From an uncultured Chloroflexia bacterium (GTDB taxonomy: Bacteria > Chloroflexota > Limnocylindria > Limnocylindrales > CSP1-4), in contig CAWHXD010000008.1 of the NCBI GenBank assembly GCA_963833225.1, positions 1 through 64,000 on the forward strand: a DNA stretch of 64,000 bases. Reading direction: 5' to 3'. The position numbers and the translations under genes are program-made. The notes below the pieces were generated by a model. The model was not told the origin of the DNA. It did no database searches and worked only from the letters and a program-made list of their open reading frames with translations. Positions 1 through 9,379 of this stretch are shown one piece after another. Position 1 is the first letter of the stretch, and every line of letters begins with the position of its first letter.

Positions 1-386
1 CTCAACGCTTCCAGGCTGTCAATCATCGACTCGAGTTGATTTGTGTCTGGGCGCCCAGGAAGCGCCGCGCTCGCGAGGAGCGCGGCGTAGTAGTCGCGTT
101 TCTCGAGTTCCCGGTGGCGCATGGCCTTCTCGATCACCTCCTCGACGAGACCCGCAAAGTCGTCGGACTCCACAAAACCGCGGTCGACCCGATCGGAGAC
201 CTGGCCGAGACGGTCGGAGATGGCCATCAGCAGTTCGCTCTGGCGCCGGGCGCGGTCCTTTTCGATCTTCGAGAGAGCGAATGCCAGGAGACTCGCGGGT
301 GGGACTAGCAGCGCGAGAGCAACCGACGCAGCCTCGGCGACATCCAGCGCCCGATCCGAGTCGCCTGGGCCGTCAGTGCCAGCCAT
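1..386 (-). CDS. hypothetical helical protein, Abi-alpha/DUF4393-like; 3' end runs off the window
   Basis: Manually translated, absent from the ORF track: MAGTDGPGDSDRALDVAEAASVALALLVPPASLLAFALSKIEKDRARRQSELL...ESDDFAGLVEEVIEKAMRHRELEKRDYYAALLASAA. GGAGG Shine-Dalgarno upstream of ATG at 386; open to the window edge. Confidence 0.7.
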   Translation of the reverse strand, partial: MAGTDGPGDSDRALDVAEAASVALALLVPPASLLAFALSKIEKDRARRQSELLMAISDRLGQVSDRVDRGFVESDDFAGLVEEVIEKAMRHRELEKRDYYAALLASAALPGRPDTNQLESMIDSLEAL

Positions 387-519
387 CCCCCGCCTCCCTG
401 GTTATCCACCGTCGATGACCGCCAACCTGTCACTGTTCGGCGGCGCGGCCGTCAGCAGTACACCCTCGAGCGGGACGGCCCGACCAACTGCCGGTGAGGC
501 CTGGGCGCCTCGGTCTCGC

Positions 520-852
520 TCAGCGCCCCGCGCGAGCCTGAACGGCATACGCCATGAACCAGGCCTCGGTCTGTTCCGGCGTCGAGCGGTACACGTTGTC
601 GCCGGCGAGGAGGTCGCAGACGACCTCGCGAGCGCGCGCGAGTTCCCGCCTGCGATGCCCAGCCCACCGCGGATCGGCGAGGGTGAGATCGAGCTGGGCA
701 AGGGCCCGGGTCAGGGCAGCCGAACAGCGCGCCTCGTTCCCGGATTCGCGCGCCTTGATGGCGCGGCCGACGTCGGCGCCGGCATTCCCGAGCTGCTCCG
801 CGAGCGTCATGCGCTCCCAACGCCCCGGCACGAGGTCAGGGTGCAGGCTCAC
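520..852 (-). CDS. conserved hypothetical helical protein (DUF5674 partner)
   Basis: 110 aa, motifs GRW..MTLAEQLGN.G.DV.RA and LDLT.ADP...RELARAREV..D...GDN.Y. GTG start overlaps the upstream stop (GTGA). Confidence 0.8.
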   Translation of the reverse strand: MSLHPDLVPGRWERMTLAEQLGNAGADVGRAIKARESGNEARCSAALTRALAQLDLTLADPRWAGHRRRELARAREVVCDLLAGDNVYRSTPEQTEAWFMAYAVQARAGR

Positions 853-1193
853 GGAACGACGACCCGGCCGACGAGTGCTTCGATGGCGGCGCGTGCATCG
901 GGGTCGTCCACCGACCGTGTCCGGTTCCCCTGGCTGGGCCGCAGGTTGATCATCGAGTCGAACTCGAGGAACCCCGCCGCACCGAACTCGGCCGGGTACA
1001 GGTTGATCCCCCAGAGGTCGGCCTGGCGTGACCCTGCATCGAGCAGCAGCGCCTCGAGATCGCTGTGCATCCCAGCGTCGACCGCGAGCAGGCCTCGCTG
1101 CACATCGACGGCGGCTTTGACGAGGTCACCGAACGTGGCTTCGGCCATGGCGGTCAGGGCTGCGACGTCGATCTGCCCGGCTACGATCTGCAT
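849..1193 (-). CDS. DUF5674 family protein
   Basis: 114 aa from ATG 1193; motifs LVKAAVDV, MHSDLEALLL..GS.Q.DLWGINLYP, EFDSMINLRPSQGNR. Confidence 0.85.
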   Translation of the reverse strand: MQIVAGQIDVAALTAMAEATFGDLVKAAVDVQRGLLAVDAGMHSDLEALLLDAGSRQADLWGINLYPAEFGAAGFLEFDSMINLRPSQGNRTRSVDDPDARAAIEALVGRVVVP

Positions 1194-1380
1194 CCCCTGA
1201 TGTTCGCGGTCGGGACCCGCTTCGCGCAAGCGCGGCGCCCGGAGGCGCAAGTGCTCCTTGCGTCGGTCCGACCCGAAGGGTCTCGACGGAACGAGGCCAG
1301 CGCAATGGTCAATTCCGAGATGCTCAGCCGCTCCGCTTCGGCGCAATCCCGTCCATCAGCCCCTGGTCACGGAACGGCGT

Positions 1381-2043
1381 TCACGACGTGTTGTCGAGCG
1401 GTGTGAGCTGGATCTGCTTCGCGAGCGCATAGGCGACGTGCCGGTCCTCGTCATCGGCGGCGAACACCCGACCGATGACCAGGGCGGAACGGTGCGGCAC
1501 CTCGATCCGGGCCATCCCCCGCGGCACGCTCCCAGTCCAGTTCAGCTCGCAGAGGAGGAAGTCACCGGCGTCGGTCCCGGTGGTCCGCTTGCCGACATAG
1601 GCAACGTTGGCGCCACTGGTCGGGTCGGTGAACTGCACGCTGAAGTACCGCCCCGCCATCTCGGGCACATGCAGCACTCGCGGCCCCGCCTCCAGGTCGA
1701 GCCAGCCGCCGACGTAGACGAGATCGTCGGTACCGGTCGCCATCAGGCTGCCGGTTGAAGCGGTCTGGGAGGAGCGGTCTGGCTCGGCGTACAAGGTGTT
1801 GATGGGGACCGGGCCGCCGCCGAACCCGCGTTTGACAATCGCGCGCTTGAACCCGCCGACCGTGATCTGCGGCCAGAAGTAGATGAACACGAACGAACCG
1901 AGCAGCCACACGACCACGGCAGCCACCGCGAGCGGGATGATCGCGTCCACTCCGTCGGCGAGCCGCCGGTAGACGACCCAGGCGAAGACAGCCAGGATGG
2001 CGGCGGTGATCGGGTAGGGGTACTTCAGGATCAGGCGATTCAC
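1381..2043 (-). CDS. DUF1254 domain protein with two N-terminal TM helices
   Basis: DDLVYVGGWLDLEAGPRVLHVPEMAGRYFSVQFTD...GKRTTGT.AGDFL signature. Confidence 0.85.
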   Translation of the reverse strand: MNRLILKYPYPITAAILAVFAWVVYRRLADGVDAIIPLAVAAVVVWLLGSFVFIYFWPQITVGGFKRAIVKRGFGGGPVPINTLYAEPDRSSQTASTGSLMATGTDDLVYVGGWLDLEAGPRVLHVPEMAGRYFSVQFTDPTSGANVAYVGKRTTGTDAGDFLLCELNWTGSVPRGMARIEVPHRSALVIGRVFAADDEDRHVAYALAKQIQLTPLDNTS

Positions 2044-2044
2044 G

Positions 2045-2647
2045 TTACGAGACCCTGACGACGGGCGGCACTTCGTAGCTGCCGTCCAGGATGGCCGTGC
2101 CTGGCAGGTAGGCGCGGAGCATCAGCATGAACCTGCCAGGTGGTGTCGGCAGCCAGTTCTGTTCCAAGCTGCTCGGCGCCTGCGACTGGAGCAGGATGTC
2201 AACCGAACCATCGGGGTTCGTCACGAGACCCGAATGATCATCCACGCTCGAGCGGCCCATGGGACCGCTCACCATGTACCCGACGGTGTCCGTCGCGGTG
2301 AGCGACCAGAAGGCATCGTTCGGCGGGAGATGCCCTGGCGGGAAGTACAGGCGGTACGCGTGCTCGCCGCTGAGCTTCTTCCCTCCGCGATCCACGCTCG
2401 TCGTCCAGTACGCAGCCTCTTCGAACACGTTGACGACCGGCAGCGCCTTCTGCAATGCGGCACGCACCACCAGCCCGTTGCCGGGCTGACCGGCCCTGCG
2501 GATCGCCCTCCAACCGTTGACGGTCGTCGTCTCAGCCCTCGCCACCGAATCCAGCACGAGGATCGTCGTCAGGAACGCCAGGGTGGTGCCGATGATCACA
2601 CCCTGCACGACACCCGAGCTCGCCACCCAGGAGAGGACGCCACTCAT
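2045..2647 (-). CDS. DUF1214 domain protein with N-terminal TM helix
   Basis: EAAYW...D..G..LSG...YRL.FPPG.LPP..AFWSLT...NPDGSVDI...NWLPTP.G.F.L.LRAYLP signature; start at ATG 2647 (alternative GTG 2674). Confidence 0.85.
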   Translation of the reverse strand: MSGVLSWVASSGVVQGVIIGTTLAFLTTILVLDSVARAETTTVNGWRAIRRAGQPGNGLVVRAALQKALPVVNVFEEAAYWTTSVDRGGKKLSGEHAYRLYFPPGHLPPNDAFWSLTATDTVGYMVSGPMGRSSVDDHSGLVTNPDGSVDILLQSQAPSSLEQNWLPTPPGRFMLMLRAYLPGTAILDGSYEVPPVVRVS

Positions 2648-2966
2648 GCGAATCGGGCCGCGATCGTGGGGCACGTCGCTCGGGCGGCAGGGCTCGAGCC
2701 GAAGGACCAGGCACGTGACGTCGCCCGCTCGACCACGGCGACACCCGGGAGCGATGGATCGGCGGCTCGAGACGCGGCCCAGGGGACGGGGCCCTGCTCG
2801 TGAGCCCGTGACGGCTCATGCATGGGGATCATCGTAGCGATCCTTCGTCCGGCGCGGGCGTGCCCGCCCCGTTTGGAAGCTGACCCGCCGGAACCGGTCC
2901 AACAGCGGACCGCGGGTACCATGATTGAGCGTCTCCGGCGAAGAAGGCGGGTTCCAGCGTGACGAG

Positions 2967-3950
2967 ATGGCACCGATGATCGCAAATCCTGGGCCGCTCG
3001 ATCGTCTGGTCGTCGGCTCAGCAGCCGCGGTGAAGCTCGCGCGGGAGCTCCTGCTCCGCCTCACGCTGGCCGTCGGGGCCGCCTACCTCGTGTTCCTGCT
3101 GGCTTCGTACGCCGCCGTCGGCGTGGTCCCGGGCATCGAGGTCCTCCCGTTCGTCCTCGGGCTGGCCGCCCTGTTCCTGGGGCGCCGCCTGCCGACCGCC
3201 GTTGAATGGCTCCCCCTCCTCCTCATCCTCGTCGCATGGGAGGCTCAACGAGGGGTCACCGCGGCCGTCGGTCCGGCCTCATCCAACGCCATCGTCGATC
3301 TGGAACGCGCGCTCAGCGGTGGCACCATTCCGTCGGTCGTGGTCCAGCAAGCGCTGCGCCTGCCGGGAACCGTGAGCGTCCTGGATGTCGCTCTATCGGG
3401 CGTGTACGTGGCCCACTTCGTCTACCCGGTGGCGTATGCGTGGTGGTTGTGGGTTCATGACCGGGAGCGCTTCCTGCGGTTCGTCATGGCGCTCGTGGTC
3501 GTAAGCTTCGCGGCGTTCTTCACATTCCTGGTGCTCCCGGTGGCGCCGCCGCGGTTCGCGTCGCTCGGCAGCCTGCCGCTCCCGCCGGCCGACGTGATGG
3601 CCGACGTGGCCCGAAGCCTCCCGTGGACTGGCCCGTCGTGGATGTACGCGAATCTCCTGGGCAATCCGACGGCGGCATTCCCATCGATGCACGCGGCCTA
3701 TCCGCTGCTCGTGTTCCTCTTCCTGCGCGAGCGGTTGTCGAGAGCGGCCCTGCCGTGGGCGCTGTTCGTCGGGGTCATCTGGTTCGCCACCATCTACCTG
3801 GGCCACCACTACGTGATCGACGTCGTCGCCGGGGCCGCCTACGGGTGGGCCGCCTACTCGCTGACTCGGATCAGCTGGTCGCGGTTGCAGCGCTGGCAGC
3901 TGGCAGCGGTCCCGATCGACGTGGCCGACGGACCGGATCGCCTTCGGTAG
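2967..3950 (+). CDS. PAP2 superfamily membrane enzyme (PAP2_3, Aur1/IPC-synthase-like)
   Basis: Multiple TM segments; PVAPPR, AAFPSMHAAYP and HHYVIDV catalytic motifs. Start uncertain. Confidence 0.85.
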   Translation: MAPMIANPGPLDRLVVGSAAAVKLARELLLRLTLAVGAAYLVFLLASYAAVGVVPGIEVLPFVLGLAALFLGRRLPTAVEWLPLLLILVAWEAQRGVTAAVGPASSNAIVDLERALSGGTIPSVVVQQALRLPGTVSVLDVALSGVYVAHFVYPVAYAWWLWVHDRERFLRFVMALVVVSFAAFFTFLVLPVAPPRFASLGSLPLPPADVMADVARSLPWTGPSWMYANLLGNPTAAFPSMHAAYPLLVFLFLRERLSRAALPWALFVGVIWFATIYLGHHYVIDVVAGAAYGWAAYSLTRISWSRLQRWQLAAVPIDVADGPDRLR

Positions 3951-4006
3951 GGTTGCTCGAAGCGTTGCTCGAAGGCCGAACGGCCACGTTGCCCGACTCT
4001 GGGGCC

Positions 4007-4519
4007 CTACGCGCTCGATGGACCGCGTGCCCTGAAGACCATCTGCAGGAGGAGCCACCCGTTGAAGAGCAGGATCAGCACGACGAACGTGAAGTAGAGC
4101 GCCGCCTCGAGCAGGGGTGCCACGCCCAGCACGATCAGGGCCGGGGTGATGACGAGCGCGAGGACATAGAGCACGCCGCCCGCCTGAACGACGGCCCCGA
4201 ACCCCCGTGCGTCAAGTGGCGACCCGGAGGCCGCCCATTCCGGCATCCGGACCATGGCCACGACTAGGACGAAGAAGGTGACGAGGACCAGGGCGCTGCT
4301 CAGCACCCAGACCTGGTGTTCGGCGAGGTCATAGCGGCCGAGGGTCACCGGGGCAAGGGCCGCGATGATGGTCAGCAACCCCGTCACCACGACACCGCGC
4401 ACGAACGCGACCTCGAACGGGTCGCTCGCGCCGCCGCTGCGCACCGCGATGAGCGCCCCGAAGCCCACGAACACGCCGGCGATCCCGGCCAGCTCGATGA
4501 ACAGATCGGCGTCCTGCAT
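4007..4519 (-). CDS. hypothetical membrane protein (about 5 TM)
   Basis: MQDADLFIELAGIAGVFVGFGALI...; SD-like GGAGGTG upstream; hydrophobic helices throughout. Confidence 0.75.
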   Translation of the reverse strand: MQDADLFIELAGIAGVFVGFGALIAVRSGGASDPFEVAFVRGVVVTGLLTIIAALAPVTLGRYDLAEHQVWVLSSALVLVTFFVLVVAMVRMPEWAASGSPLDARGFGAVVQAGGVLYVLALVITPALIVLGVAPLLEAALYFTFVVLILLFNGWLLLQMVFRARGPSSA

Positions 4520-4834
4520 GACTCGCACCTCCGGCGCCCATGATGTTGTCGGCACCCGGGAGTCTCGGCCGGTCGGCGGACTGCGACCAGATGCGAATGT
4601 CGCGAAGCGGCTCCGATGGCCGGTCGCCCGGCGCGTGACCGGGAAGACTCGGGGGGGCAGCGGGCATCCTGCCGCGCCGCAGCTCGGATAGCGCTATGTG
4701 CGGTCCTGCGCCTTGATCAGCGGCATCGTCAACGAGCCGCTCCGTCGGCGCCGACTCCACCTCGGCCCCGACCCAGACAGGATCGGCCTTGTGTATGGCC
4801 GACGCCAAGTGCCAAGGGGCCCGGCAGCGTGCGA

Positions 4835-6154
4835 TCAGGCGTCCGCGGACATGGGCAGACGGTCGGCGGCCCGACCGAGGCCGACGAACCCGCCCGCGAG
4901 GAGCAGCAGCATCGCGGCCGCCCCGAACCACAGCACCTCGGGCGGTGCGGTGTCGAGGGTCAGGCCGGCGATCGGCGGCCCGATCCCGGATCCGATGCTG
5001 GCTGCCGCCAGCGCGATCCCCTGGTACGTGGCCCGGCGTTCGACCGGCGACAGCTCGGAGACGAAGGACGGAATGACGGGCACGAGGAGCATCTCGCCGA
5101 CCGTCACGAGGCAGATCGTGGTGGCCAGCCCGGCGACGGCCGTGGAGGGAGTGAGGAACCCGATGAAACCAAGGCCCGCCGCGTACAGCACGATCGCGAG
5201 GGCCATGACCCGGGGCTTCGAGCGCCGCTCGCAGGCCGTGGAGATCCTCATCTGGAACAGGACGATCAGGAGGCCGTTGATGCCGAACAGGAGACCCCAC
5301 ACGGGGGTCGGCACGGCGAGGCCGCCGGCCGCGTAGATCGGGAGGGTCGTGACCCACAGGAACGTCAACGCGTGGGTCACGCCCACCAGGGGCAGGAACG
5401 CGACGAACACGCGACGGCGACGCGATCGACGGCTCGCCCGGGCCGGCGGAACCCCGGTTCCGGGCGACCCTTCTACGGCATCGCCCGTCGCCGGTCCCGA
5501 GCCCTGATCTGCAGGTTCGCCGGCGCCGGGAGCCGGCCGCGTCTCGGGCAGCCAGCGGAGGGCGATCGGGACGTAGCTCGCCACGAGCAGGCCGCTGAGC
5601 CCGAACAGGAGCGGATAGCCGAGGGTCGAGAGTCCAGCGCCGATGACCGGGCCCGCGATCCAGCCGATGGCGTTGGCGACGCCGAGCAGGCCGAACGCCC
5701 GGGGCCGGCGCGCCTCGTCGACGGTGTCGGCCACGGCTGCCCGGGCCGCCGGCGGGAAGGCCGGGTCGATGCACCCGAGGAGGACCATCACGAGGCCCAC
5801 GTGCCAGGTCTCGCTCACGAATGCCATCGACATCACCAGGATGGCCGTCACCGAGATCGATCCGATGAGCACCGGCCGGCGCCCGACGCGGTCCGCCAGC
5901 CATCCGCCGGCCACCCCCGACACCGTGGAGAACAGGGAATAGGCGGCGATGACCAGGCCCGCCTGCGCTGCGGACGCGCCGAGCTCCCAGACGAGGTAGA
6001 TGGTCAGGAACGGGAAGAACAGGCTGAAGCCGAAGCTCGCGACCAGGTCACCGCTCGCGAGGACGAGGACGACCCGCGGGAACTCGGACAGGAGGGACCG
6101 CAGCGCGGTGACCGGCGCTGCGAGCACCATCGCGGCCCGGTGAGCAGCAGACAC
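4835..6154 (-). CDS. MFS transporter
   Basis: About 12 TM; motif A GWLADRVGRRPVL. Confidence 0.9.
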   Translation of the reverse strand: MSAAHRAAMVLAAPVTALRSLLSEFPRVVLVLASGDLVASFGFSLFFPFLTIYLVWELGASAAQAGLVIAAYSLFSTVSGVAGGWLADRVGRRPVLIGSISVTAILVMSMAFVSETWHVGLVMVLLGCIDPAFPPAARAAVADTVDEARRPRAFGLLGVANAIGWIAGPVIGAGLSTLGYPLLFGLSGLLVASYVPIALRWLPETRPAPGAGEPADQGSGPATGDAVEGSPGTGVPPARASRRSRRRRVFVAFLPLVGVTHALTFLWVTTLPIYAAGGLAVPTPVWGLLFGINGLLIVLFQMRISTACERRSKPRVMALAIVLYAAGLGFIGFLTPSTAVAGLATTICLVTVGEMLLVPVIPSFVSELSPVERRATYQGIALAAASIGSGIGPPIAGLTLDTAPPEVLWFGAAAMLLLLAGGFVGLGRAADRLPMSADA

Positions 6155-6312
6155 GGCCCAATCGTGGCACCGTGGAATTCCTGTCTCGCGGGCCGGATGG
6201 CCAGCTTTCGACCGCCGAACGGGCGGTCTACGACGCGCTCGGTGGCGACATGATCGTCGGGATGCAGCCGGTCGACTTGATCGTGAGGTCGACCGAACCC
6301 CCGGTACCCGGT

Positions 6313-7042
6313 TCAGCGCCTGCGAACGGACACGGGGGCCGGCGATCCTGGCGGCCCCACTGCGTGCGCGTGCGCTCGGACGGAGTCAGCGCGGAGTCCA
6401 CGCACATCGAACCCGCGGAGGATCAGCCAGACCGCGAGCACCAGCTCGTTGAGGCCGACGGGCGCCGCGAGCAGGTTCCCGGGCTCCGCCGGGCAGCGCG
6501 ACGCCGCCGATCTCGAGCACGCCACGGGCCAGGATGAGCACGCCGCCGACCAGCCCCCACAGGGACAGCCACGTGGGGACGAGCCTCGCCCGGTAGAGCA
6601 GCGCGTACAGGATGATCGCGGAGACTCCGAACATGAGCAGGGAGCCGGTGAGCGATGTCCACTCCCGGATCGAGAGCGCGACGCCGGCCTGGACGACGCC
6701 GGAGGCGGTGGACCCCTTGGCGCCGATTCCCATGACGACGCGAGCGCTGATCGCGGCCGCAAGGAGCAGCCCGCCCTCCAGGAGCCGGGCGGCGACGTAG
6801 CCGAGCGCGGCGCCCTCACCCTGACCCCGAAGCACGGGATACATCAGGACGGAGATCCCGACCACCGAGAGCACGAGGACGAGCTCCAGGAGGACGCCGG
6901 CCGCGATCTGGCCCTGGGCCGCCGCGACCGCACCCAACCCGTCCTCGATCGGCAGGACGAGGGTCCCGCCGACCACCGCGGCCACGCTCGCCACGATGAA
7001 CAGCACCCCGACCGCGCCAGCGGTCGTCCGATACGAGCTCAT
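6313..7042 (-). CDS. DUF4386 family membrane protein, frameshifted near 6482
   Basis: MSSYRTTAGAVGVLFI...LYRARLVPTWLSLWGLVG continues in another frame as GNLLAAPVGLNELVLAVWLILRGFD; one extra C restores the ORF. Confidence 0.75.
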
Positions 7043-7109
7043 CTCCAGCGCCCAGCGATCGGCGGCGTTCAGGTGCGGCTTGTCCCGGGCGAGCCGTCGG
7101 GGTGCTGGA

Positions 7110-7866
7110 CTAGCGGCTTGCTTCGAGTACTCGGATGGCAGGAAACCGCGCGCACTGCTCGTGGGCTGCCGTGAGGCACAGCGCCTCCTGATGCTCGGGA
7201 CGACAAGGGTCCGCATCGCACTCGCCTTGCCGGCGATGAGCCGTCGCGGGAGCGCGAGCGGGCCGTTGCTCTGCTCCAACGGCGTGTGACAGCGGTTCCT
7301 GGGGTCGGGGAAGCTGCACCGGGTCGTGGGGTCGTCGCCGAACCAGAAACGGGCAGACCGGATCAGCTGGGAGGACTTCGAGTCGGGGGACGGTCGCTTT
7401 GCGGCGAGGATCGCGCTTGCGCACCTCGGCACCGCTGCGAGGCCAGGATCGCGGACGCGTGCCGGCGCGAGGGGCGGTGGCGCGGCATGACCACCTCGCC
7501 CTGGCCGGCTGGACGACGGCTGGGGCCAGGACTTCGGCCATCACGGGAACGTCGGACGGCGGTGTGGCTCCGGGCACCGCCTTCGGTGGCTGGCGACCCT
7601 CAAGGTGCATGTCCTGGCGGAGCTGTAGCAGCTCTTCGCCTCGCGACGATTTATCGAACGGCAGGCCGAGCAGACCCAGAACCCCTCGGACGTCATCGCC
7701 TCGGGCTGATGGGGTGCGAGCGCCGAGGCTTGCGCCAGGTCGAATCGATGTTGAAGGGCCCGGCGAGGCGCGCCCGCTGCCCGCGGATGACCCTGGCAGC
7801 CAGCCACAGGGCCGTCGGCCCCCAGAGCAGCGCGAGGATCAGGACGAACCCCAGCTCAGGGCCCAT
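7110..7866 (-). pseudogene. TM + RanBP2-like zinc finger + Cys/His-cluster protein, multiply frameshifted
   Basis: Fragments in different frames: MGPELGFVLILALLWGPTALWLAA (TM); FWVCSACRSINRREAKSCYS; VCPFL/GDDPTTRCSFPDPRNRCH; HQEALCLTAAHEQCARFP. Pseudogene or sequencing errors. Confidence 0.5.
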
Positions 7867-8120
7867 CGTTGTGATCCGCTATGCGCATTCCAGGCCATCC
7901 ATGACCGAGAGCTGACGACGCTGGAACGCTATTCCGGGTTTGCATCTCGCCACGCCCATGCGACCGGTCGGGAGGTCGTTCAGCCATCCTCGTGATAGTA
8001 GTCCATGCCGCCTGGAGGCCGTTCGGACAAGAGCAGCATAGCTGACGGCGGGTTTCGCCTACTGCGGAGCCGCGATCCCCGGCCTGCCGGGTCGCTGCGA
8101 GTGCTGGCGCTCGTCGCTGG

Positions 8121-8678
8121 TCATTCGCGGAGGTCCGACCGGATCAGCGAGAACAGGTACGCGTCATGACCGCGATCGTGGAGGAGCAGCCGGTGGCGAA
8201 GCGTTCCCTCGAACACCGCACCGGCGCGCTCGGCCACACGTCGGCTCCGCTCGTTCTCGACGGCCATGAGGATCTCGATCCGCTCCAGGCCGACCGAGGT
8301 CAGGCCGTGGCGAGCGAGGAGCTTCGTGGCGCGCGTGGCCCACCCACGACCGGTGCGGTCCGAGCGGAGCCAGAACCCGAGGTTCGCGTAGCGGTTGACC
8401 TCGTTGAACAGGTTGAGGCCGCACCCGCCGGCCAGCAGGCCGTCATCGCCGATGATCAGATAGCTGAGCTCATCCGGATCGTGCTCGCCGCGGATCCAGC
8501 CAAGCGCGTCGGCCTCTCCGTAGTCCTCGGTGGCCCACGGCATGAACGGCCGCAACTCCGCCACGGACGCCCTCACGGCTGCGGCCATCCCGGCGGCATC
8601 GTCATCGACGGGGGCCCGGAGCACGACCGCGCCATCGGTCAGGGGAGGGGCGTCCCGCCGCGTGATCCCGTCGGTCAC
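8121..8678 (-). CDS. GNAT N-acetyltransferase, RimJ/RimL family
   Basis: ANLGFWLRSDRTGRGWAT...N.RSRRVAERAGAVFEG.LR; GTG start overlaps the upstream stop. Confidence 0.9.
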   Translation of the reverse strand: MTDGITRRDAPPLTDGAVVLRAPVDDDAAGMAAAVRASVAELRPFMPWATEDYGEADALGWIRGEHDPDELSYLIIGDDGLLAGGCGLNLFNEVNRYANLGFWLRSDRTGRGWATRATKLLARHGLTSVGLERIEILMAVENERSRRVAERAGAVFEGTLRHRLLLHDRGHDAYLFSLIRSDLRE

Positions 8679-9277
8679 GTCGCGTCTCCGGCAGGGGGCA
8701 TGCGCGCGGAGCGCGCCCGGAACAGTGCCACTGCGGCCAGGAGGATCGCCGACACGATGCCGCCGTAGGCCACCACCGTGAGGACGGTGTCGAACGCACC
8801 GTTGTTCGCCACCTGGGTCACCACCAGCAGGATCGCGTAGGCGACCACGATCACGTTCACGATCCCGAGGCCCCAGCGGATCCCGGACCGCGACGTGAGC
8901 GCCACCAGCCACAGCCCAAGGACGCCGAACGACAGCCCGCCGACCACGATGATCAGGCGCACGCCAACGAGGGTGATGGCATTGAGGAACGACAGGCCGA
9001 ACAGGAGCGTCGCCGTGAGCAGGCCGATCCCGGAGCGAAGCGCGTCAACCTCGCCGCCACGCCCGGGCGGCTCACTCCCCATCCGGCCCGCAACGTAGCT
9101 GATCCCCTCGAGGAGGAAGATCGCACCCATCACCAGCCCGGCGACGAGCTCCGCCCGGCCCGGGTCGATGAGCATGAATGCGCCCGCAACCGCGAGCAGC
9201 ACGGCGACGATCAGCTGCACCTGCCAGCGAGCGCCGAGCATCTTGGAGCCTGCGTTGCGAATGCCGCCACCGGACAC
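8675..9277 (-). CDS. HdeD/DUF308-like membrane protein
   Basis: Six hydrophobic helices; GGAGG SD before GTG 9277. Confidence 0.7.
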   Translation of the reverse strand: MSGGGIRNAGSKMLGARWQVQLIVAVLLAVAGAFMLIDPGRAELVAGLVMGAIFLLEGISYVAGRMGSEPPGRGGEVDALRSGIGLLTATLLFGLSFLNAITLVGVRLIIVVGGLSFGVLGLWLVALTSRSGIRWGLGIVNVIVVAYAILLVVTQVANNGAFDTVLTVVAYGGIVSAILLAAVALFRARSARMPPAGDAT

Positions 9278-9379
9278 GGTCCTGCCTCCATCGACTCTGC
9301 CGGACCACGGGCCTCGAGAGCGTACACCGGCACTCGCCCACACCGGAAGGCACGGCAACCGTCGGCTACAGTCCGTGCC

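Noticed and set aside
6172-6312. Short plus-strand ORF MEFLSRGPDGQLSTAERAVYDALGG as a gene remnant
   Set aside because: No recognisable motif or RBS, and its continuation overlaps the DUF4386 gene antisense.
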